Part shown: in pieces, positions 6,879-11,710 of the stretch
Position numbering within the stretch: the stretch's first letter is position 1
Layout: every line of letters begins with the position of its first letter
Source: Promethearchaeota archaeon
Lineage (GTDB): Archaea; Asgardarchaeota; Lokiarchaeia; Sigyniarchaeales; SOKP01
Length of the DNA: 11,710 nucleotides
Direction: 5' to 3'
Assembly: GCA_048938005.1 (NCBI GenBank)
Contig: JBHLMQ010000054.1
Location: 1-11,710, forward strand
Notes under the pieces: generated by a model
What the model saw: the letters and a program-made list of their open reading frames with translations, nothing else
Databases searched by the model: none
Told to the model about the DNA's origin: nothing
Translations under genes and position numbers: made by a program

Positions 6879-7427
6879 ATTAGTGCTACGAAGAAAAATT
6901 CGGAAAAATATCGTTTTAAGATTGTGATAATCGGAGATGGAGGCGTAGGAAAAACTTCCTTGATTCAAAAATTCACTCAAGGAATTTTTCAAAAAGATTA
7001 TACTAAAACTATAGGAGCACTAATTTCTGAATATGATAAAAAATTTGATGAGGATGAGATTAGATTAATATTTTGGGATATAGCAGGGCAAGATGATTTT
7101 TATTTTTTACGTCCTTCCTTTTATAAAGCAAGCCAAGGAGCCATTATTGTATATAGTCTCGAAGAAAATAATTTGGGTAAACGGAGCTTCGCAAATGTAA
7201 AAAAATGGCATGAAGATGCAAAAAAATTCTGTGGAGATATTCCTGTTGTGATTTTTGCTAATAAAGTTGATTTAATCAAAGAAGATAGTTTAAATGAATC
7301 TGAAATTCAAGAGATTGTAAACAAACGAAATTTTTTGGGGTATTATATCACTTCCGCAAAAACGGGACAAGGGGTTTATGAGGCGTTTAATTCACTAATT
7401 GAAAAGTTATATTATAAACGTACTTAA
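6879..7427 (+). CDS. Ras-superfamily small GTPase, Rab-like
   Basis: G1 GDGGVGKT, G2 YTKTIG, G3 WDIAGQ, G4 NKVD, G5 TSAK; Rab-like LRPSFYK after G3; no C-terminal Cys. GTG 6924 falls inside strand beta1 (YRFKIVIIG), so the start is placed at ATT 6879. Confidence 0.93.
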   Translation: MSATKKNSEKYRFKIVIIGDGGVGKTSLIQKFTQGIFQKDYTKTIGALISEYDKKFDEDEIRLIFWDIAGQDDFYFLRPSFYKASQGAIIVYSLEENNLGKRSFANVKKWHEDAKKFCGDIPVVIFANKVDLIKEDSLNESEIQEIVNKRNFLGYYITSAKTGQGVYEAFNSLIEKLYYKRT

Positions 7428-7480
7428 AATAGTATTTTTAAAGAATTAATAAAATTTGTCGGAATAATTATTCAGCTTAC

Positions 7481-7506
7481 AGCGAATAAAGGCTTTCGCT
7501 CTTTTT
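7481..7506 (+). terminator. Possible hairpin + T-run terminator after the GTPase
   Basis: AGCGAA(7481-7486)-N8-TTCGCT(7495-7500) followed by CTTTTT. Confidence 0.35.
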
Positions 7507-7673
7507 AATTATAACGGCGTGATTAATAATTTATACTTTTAAATTGCTTATTTTTTCTTGAGGTATTAGTTGAATCTTACCCTTTAATATTGGATTATGA
7601 ATCTAATCTCAGTCTTCTTTAACTATAAGCAAATAAATTTAAATCTAATAAATTAAAAAAATTTTGAAAAACC

Positions 7674-8354
7674 TTAAAGCGAATAAAGCTTGTCCCTTAT
7701 GTTTTTTTTGGTTCCATATCTACTTGCTTGTCTTCTCCAACCCAAGTTGACAACAATATTATAAAGAGTATTTGGTATAAACTTTTTTGAGAATAAGTCG
7801 ATCGCTTCTTGAGGGATTTCTTTACCATCGATTATAGCTTGAGCGGTAATATCTAATCCTTTTACGACATTTCTCACCATACCTCCTCTCTCTTGTAGCG
7901 GAATCCCAGCAATTGAGCCTCCTTGACCAAGAGCAAGTCCACCTTTCCATATAAATCCACAATCTTCAGCAAAAATCCTACAAATCTTAAGTGCTGTCAC
8001 ATTTTGGTGTCCTTCGGGGAATCCATTGTTAGATATCGCAATAAAATTTTTAGATTTTTTAGGTTCTAACCGTTCTCTTTCTTCTTTAATAAGTTCCATT
8101 GTTTTAATAACGGGAGCCGGTAAACTATCAACATATAAAGGAAATGTAAGAACTATTAAATCTGCCCTATCAATCATTTCAAAAAGATTTTGAATTTTTT
8201 CTTCTCTATTTACAAGTCTATGGATAAAACCTTTCTCAATTTTCATCCCTAAATCCTCTAATTTTGAGAGTAAGTAATTTCCTAGAGATGCAGAGGTACT
8301 TTTTTCTCCTCTTGGACTACCGATTAATAAGAGTGCTTTTTTCTCTTTGCTCAT
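7674..8354 (-). CDS. Flavodoxin-fold NAD(P)H-dependent FMN reductase family protein
   Basis: FMN phosphate loop LIGSPRGEKSTS; ADLIVLTFPLYVDSLPA; SNNGFPE. Confidence 0.88.
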   Translation of the reverse strand: MSKEKKALLLIGSPRGEKSTSASLGNYLLSKLEDLGMKIEKGFIHRLVNREEKIQNLFEMIDRADLIVLTFPLYVDSLPAPVIKTMELIKEERERLEPKKSKNFIAISNNGFPEGHQNVTALKICRIFAEDCGFIWKGGLALGQGGSIAGIPLQERGGMVRNVVKGLDITAQAIIDGKEIPQEAIDLFSKKFIPNTLYNIVVNLGWRRQASRYGTKKNIRDKLYSL

Positions 8355-8923
8355 GCCTTCCCCGCCACTTTTTTTAAAATATTGGCAAATTCACTTATAA
8401 AATCGTTTTTACTTAGGTTTTTAGTATATATTATAGGCTCGTGAACAGGTGCACCCATATTAAGCGAATTACGATATACTAATTCTTTAAATATAGATTC
8501 TTTTTCCTCATTTGGCTTATCCAAAACTCCAACGGCAATAATAGAGCTTCTTTTTTCATAACGATATTTATGATGAGTTTCTCCATTTCTTTTTGTAAAG
8601 AATGGTAATATATTTGGAATAAATCTATCAATTACTTTTTTCAATTCTGAGGAATACCCTCCAAATGTAATCGGTGTAAAATGAATTATCAAATCGTTCT
8701 GCATCATTTTTTTAGCGATATTTCGACCATCATCATCTATTTTACAAACTCCTGGTGTTTCTAACCAACACTCAAAATCACCTTGACAAGCAGCAGCTTT
8801 AATATCTCTCAATAAGATTGATTCCACCTCAAAATCATTCCTTTTAAGTTCTTCTATTATTGAAGAACAGATTATATCAAAATCATTCTTTAAACTGCCG
8901 TCTAATAAAAGAGCTTTCATCAT
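8351..8923 (-). CDS. Flavodoxin family protein, iron-sulfur flavoprotein (Isf)-like
   Basis: CQGDFECWLETPGVCKIDDD Cys cluster; TPITFGGYSSELKKVIDR; 4-bp ATGA overlap (8354-8351) with the downstream gene. Confidence 0.88.
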   Translation of the reverse strand: MMKALLLDGSLKNDFDIICSSIIEELKRNDFEVESILLRDIKAAACQGDFECWLETPGVCKIDDDGRNIAKKMMQNDLIIHFTPITFGGYSSELKKVIDRFIPNILPFFTKRNGETHHKYRYEKRSSIIAVGVLDKPNEEKESIFKELVYRNSLNMGAPVHEPIIYTKNLSKNDFISEFANILKKVAGKA

Positions 8924-8952
8924 TTTTCTTTCCTTTATACAAGATACCTACG

Positions 8953-8992
8953 TTTATAAAAAAGGTAATAACTCGAGACGTAAAAATCGAGT
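8953..8992 (-). promoter_or_regulatory. TATA box plus upstream inverted repeat for the flavodoxin operon
   Basis: TTTATAAA at 8960-8953, 29 nt before ATG 8923; ACTCGA-N10-TCGAGT at 8971-8992. Confidence 0.45.
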
Positions 8993-9367
8993 AAATTCAA
9001 AAATTTCAAAATATTAATTTTTTTTATTAGAATAATTATTTAAAGATTATCGTAATATTTGCATTTAATTTTATACTGAATTTTAACAAATATAATTTAA
9101 GGATTTCAAAAGGAAATCCTTAATAAAAATTTGTATAAACCTCTATACCTTCAAGATTAATTGCATTTTAATTTGCTGGAAATATATTATTTAGTCAAAT
9201 ATTTAAATGTAATTTATAGTTTCAGAATTTAACATTTTTAGATAAAAGAGTTTTATATCTAAACGTTTCTCTTTTTTAGAATAAAATATTCTCGCCTACT
9301 TATACATTATAAAAGACAGAATAATAATGGATCTTGTTATATTTAGAGTTAAGCATAATAAAGATTA

Positions 9368-9583
9368 ATGATAATGAATTACAGAAAAAATTTAAGTATT
9401 TCAGGTAGAATATTGACATTATTCTCAGCATACTTTCTTACCATTTACCAAAGTGGTTTTGCATATACTTCCGGCTATGGGGCATCAATACGAATTCATT
9501 TAATGTTTGGAGATGCTCTATCATATGGTTTAATTACAGGAGGTATATTGAGCTTAATTGGATTTATCTTAACGCGGAATTAA
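9368..9583 (+). CDS. Small hydrophobic ORF, possibly a degraded membrane-protein gene
   Basis: Two hydrophobic stretches (ILTLFSAYFLTIY; GLITGGILSLIGFIL); no SD visible; co-oriented with the next gene, 31 nt upstream of it. Confidence 0.4.
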   Translation: MIMNYRKNLSISGRILTLFSAYFLTIYQSGFAYTSGYGASIRIHLMFGDALSYGLITGGILSLIGFILTRN

Positions 9584-9614
9584 TCCATAAATAAATATTT
9601 TGAGATAATTTAAA

Positions 9615-10976
9615 ATGAAAATAAAAAAACAGAAATTTTGGATCTCTCTATCCATCATTCTCAATATGATATTTTTTGGAACCTTAATAGTAGTTAGAGC
9701 GGATAATGTTCCAAAATTAAGTCAGTCTCCACCGATGGAAAATGTAGTCATAGATGGGATTATTAATGAAACTGAGTGGACCAATAGAGATTGGACAATT
9801 TTCTTTTATCTAGACATTGATGATGTTGGGAATCCTCCAGATAAAGATGGGACTAATTATCTATATCTTGGAGAAGATCTAAATAATTTGTATCTCGGGC
9901 TTGATCTATGTAGTGATCAAACTAACAATATAACTGGTGAATGGATAAGTCTTTGGTTAAATATAGCCAACCGAAATTTTTCTAGTTACTCTGAATGGTC
10001 AACATATCTAAACAATGGTACAGAATCCTTGATTTACGATGTAGAAAATGACAAAGCATGGCAATTTTTTGATTATGGTGTCTTATACAATAAAACTGTC
10101 TATTTAGATGAGTACAATACTGAATATAATGCAATTCATGGTAATATAGAAGGTGATATTTATTTATTTGATCCCTTTATTTTACCTTATTTAAATATAT
10201 CTTCGGTTCAGATGGGTCCAGATCATGTAGTTCAGGTTGATTTTTCAGTTGATGTACTAAAATGGTTTCCAGTATTACCAGGAATCCTTTCGAGCAATGT
10301 TGAGCGAGTTAGTTTCGAGCTTTCTACCCGTACTAACACAACTATTACTGAAAATAAAATAATTTCATGGTATTATAATGGGACATGGGATAAAAATGAC
10401 CCAAATCAGGCTAATGATATTAATGTAAATACAACACTTTTATCTGAATCATTTTGGTACAACAAGGGAAATATAACAGCTGATAGAAAACTGAATTTCA
10501 CTTTATATGCAAATCATAGCGCTCCATTCACTATCCAATTTGACTATTTTACATTTACTGCTGCCCATTATGCAATACGTGTACCTCATTCCTCCGTATG
10601 GTATCCATACTCGTCAATAATTGACTACGATATGGCTTGGGGTTTCAATACCAGCGCGAATAACGCTGCGAATCATAGAATGTTTGAATTTCGGTTCCCA
10701 AAGAGTAGTCTTGAACATTATGATTCAGATGGAACTATAGGGATAATAATTGGAGGTTATGGTACACTATCATTCACCAACTCAAGTTACTGGGTGTTTT
10801 CAAAATATATTCATCAGTTTAATGAAGAACAGAGCAAGGATTATTACTATTACAACATGTTAGGGATAGATTTTCCATCAGGGGGTGAAGCAACAATCTC
10901 AGGATATCACGTTCTTCTAATGATTGGAGTTATTGGTATATACTCTATATTCTTAGTCAAGAAAAAGATGAAATAA
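9615..10976 (+). CDS. Cell-surface glycoprotein with a CBM9/DOMON-like domain and a Loki-CTERM-type C-terminal anchor
   Basis: Signal peptide (basic start, hydrophobic core, VRA). Motifs VIDGIINETEW, NNLYLGLD and FEFRFP. 14 N-x-S/T sequons by manual count. C-terminus ISGY + TM helix + KKKMK (10896-10973). Confidence 0.75.
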   Translation: MKIKKQKFWISLSIILNMIFFGTLIVVRADNVPKLSQSPPMENVVIDGIINETEWTNRDWTIFFYLDIDDVGNPPDKDGTNYLYLGEDLNNLYLGLDLCSDQTNNITGEWISLWLNIANRNFSSYSEWSTYLNNGTESLIYDVENDKAWQFFDYGVLYNKTVYLDEYNTEYNAIHGNIEGDIYLFDPFILPYLNISSVQMGPDHVVQVDFSVDVLKWFPVLPGILSSNVERVSFELSTRTNTTITENKIISWYYNGTWDKNDPNQANDINVNTTLLSESFWYNKGNITADRKLNFTLYANHSAPFTIQFDYFTFTAAHYAIRVPHSSVWYPYSSIIDYDMAWGFNTSANNAANHRMFEFRFPKSSLEHYDSDGTIGIIIGGYGTLSFTNSSYWVFSKYIHQFNEEQSKDYYYYNMLGIDFPSGGEATISGYHVLLMIGVIGIYSIFLVKKKMK

Positions 10977-11069
10977 ACTAAATTATATTTTTCTATTTTT
11001 TTCTAATTTTTAGACCTATTATAAAAGAGTTAACTAATTTGTCTCATTAATCTTGTAAGTTATTTATAT

Positions 11070-11660
11070 TCACTTGTCTCGAACGCCTATTTTTTCACCG
11101 ATGGGACATGTATATTTTGCTTGACAGTGTAAACATGCTATTTTTGGGAATATAACAAAGAAACGAAATATTAATAAACCCAAGACTATCAAAAACGTTG
11201 TTAATAGATAAAAAGAGAAATTTAGGATTAAGGCAGGAACTGATACCACGATTGGAAAGAATAAAGCAGCCATATAGATGTTATTATAACACAATAAACC
11301 TTCTGCTCTTTTTGGAAAATGTTCCGGATTTCCTTCTTTTGCTAATATTTGTGAGATTTTATTTAAACCAGATACACAGCGTGAATCTTTCATTCTGTAA
11401 TATACACAATTTGGACACACAGTCAATGGCATAAGAATATACATCTGTAAAAAAGCAAAAATAATATATATTAAACCAATTAGATACCCCAGCCATAAAA
11501 ATGTATATCCTATAATTAATCCTATTCCACCTATTAAATAATGAAGAATTGTTGAAAATTCATAAATAAATACTCTGAAAGATGAATATTTTCGATACAA
11601 TTTAGCTCTTGTTTTTGATTCTTTAATATCGAGTAAAGAATCATTAGTTTCCTCGTTCAT
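11070..11660 (-). CDS. Four-TM membrane protein with duplicated Cys-rich metal-binding motifs
   Basis: Two TM hairpins, each followed by PxxxCxxC-x(5-9)-CxxG (C82/85/95 and C176/179/185), plus a lone C124. Confidence 0.75.
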   Translation of the reverse strand: MNEETNDSLLDIKESKTRAKLYRKYSSFRVFIYEFSTILHYLIGGIGLIIGYTFLWLGYLIGLIYIIFAFLQMYILMPLTVCPNCVYYRMKDSRCVSGLNKISQILAKEGNPEHFPKRAEGLLCYNNIYMAALFFPIVVSVPALILNFSFYLLTTFLIVLGLLIFRFFVIFPKIACLHCQAKYTCPIGEKIGVRDK

Positions 11661-11710
11661 TTAATAAGTCAGCCTACTTACTTTTAATAAATTGATAATC
11701 GTAAAAATAT

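Noticed and set aside
7462-7473. 12-bp palindrome GAATAATTATTC
   Set aside because: Almost all A/T, seen only once, and lies between convergent genes.
11198-11434. 78-aa plus-strand ORF
   Set aside because: Antisense within the Cys-rich membrane protein gene.
1-11710. CRISPR array, tRNA/rRNA, transposase or integrase
   Set aside because: No regularly spaced repeats, no GC-rich structured RNA region and no mobile-element motifs seen.

Overview
Very AT-rich archaeal DNA, most likely Asgard (Lokiarchaeia/Promethearchaeota-like). This is inferred from the gene content: a TFB paralogue, a stand-alone longin-like protein, a Rab-like small GTPase without a prenylation tail, and a Loki-CTERM-type anchored surface protein. 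The first ~7.4 kb is a dense signalling and transcription cluster: partial TFB, a response regulator (RHH-like / HisKA-like / REC), a sensor-less histidine kinase, a longin-like protein, a stand-alone 7TM protein, a tandem-wHTH + TPR protein, a 73-aa orphan and a small GTPase. The rest holds a flavodoxin-fold gene pair, a surface glycoprotein and a Cys-rich membrane protein. Four signals go beyond the ORF track. (1) A bipartite promoter element, AAGTTCGAACTT-N20-AAACTATAWAACGAAG, occurs twice with identical spacing, ahead of the kinase operon and ahead of the 73-aa gene. (2) Two genes appear to start at ATT, each 6 nt after a GTGA Shine-Dalgarno core. (3) One of those ATT extensions reveals a hidden ribbon-helix-helix domain. 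(4) An aldo/keto reductase remnant lies in the 510-705 gap. All family calls come from motif recognition by eye; no searches were run.
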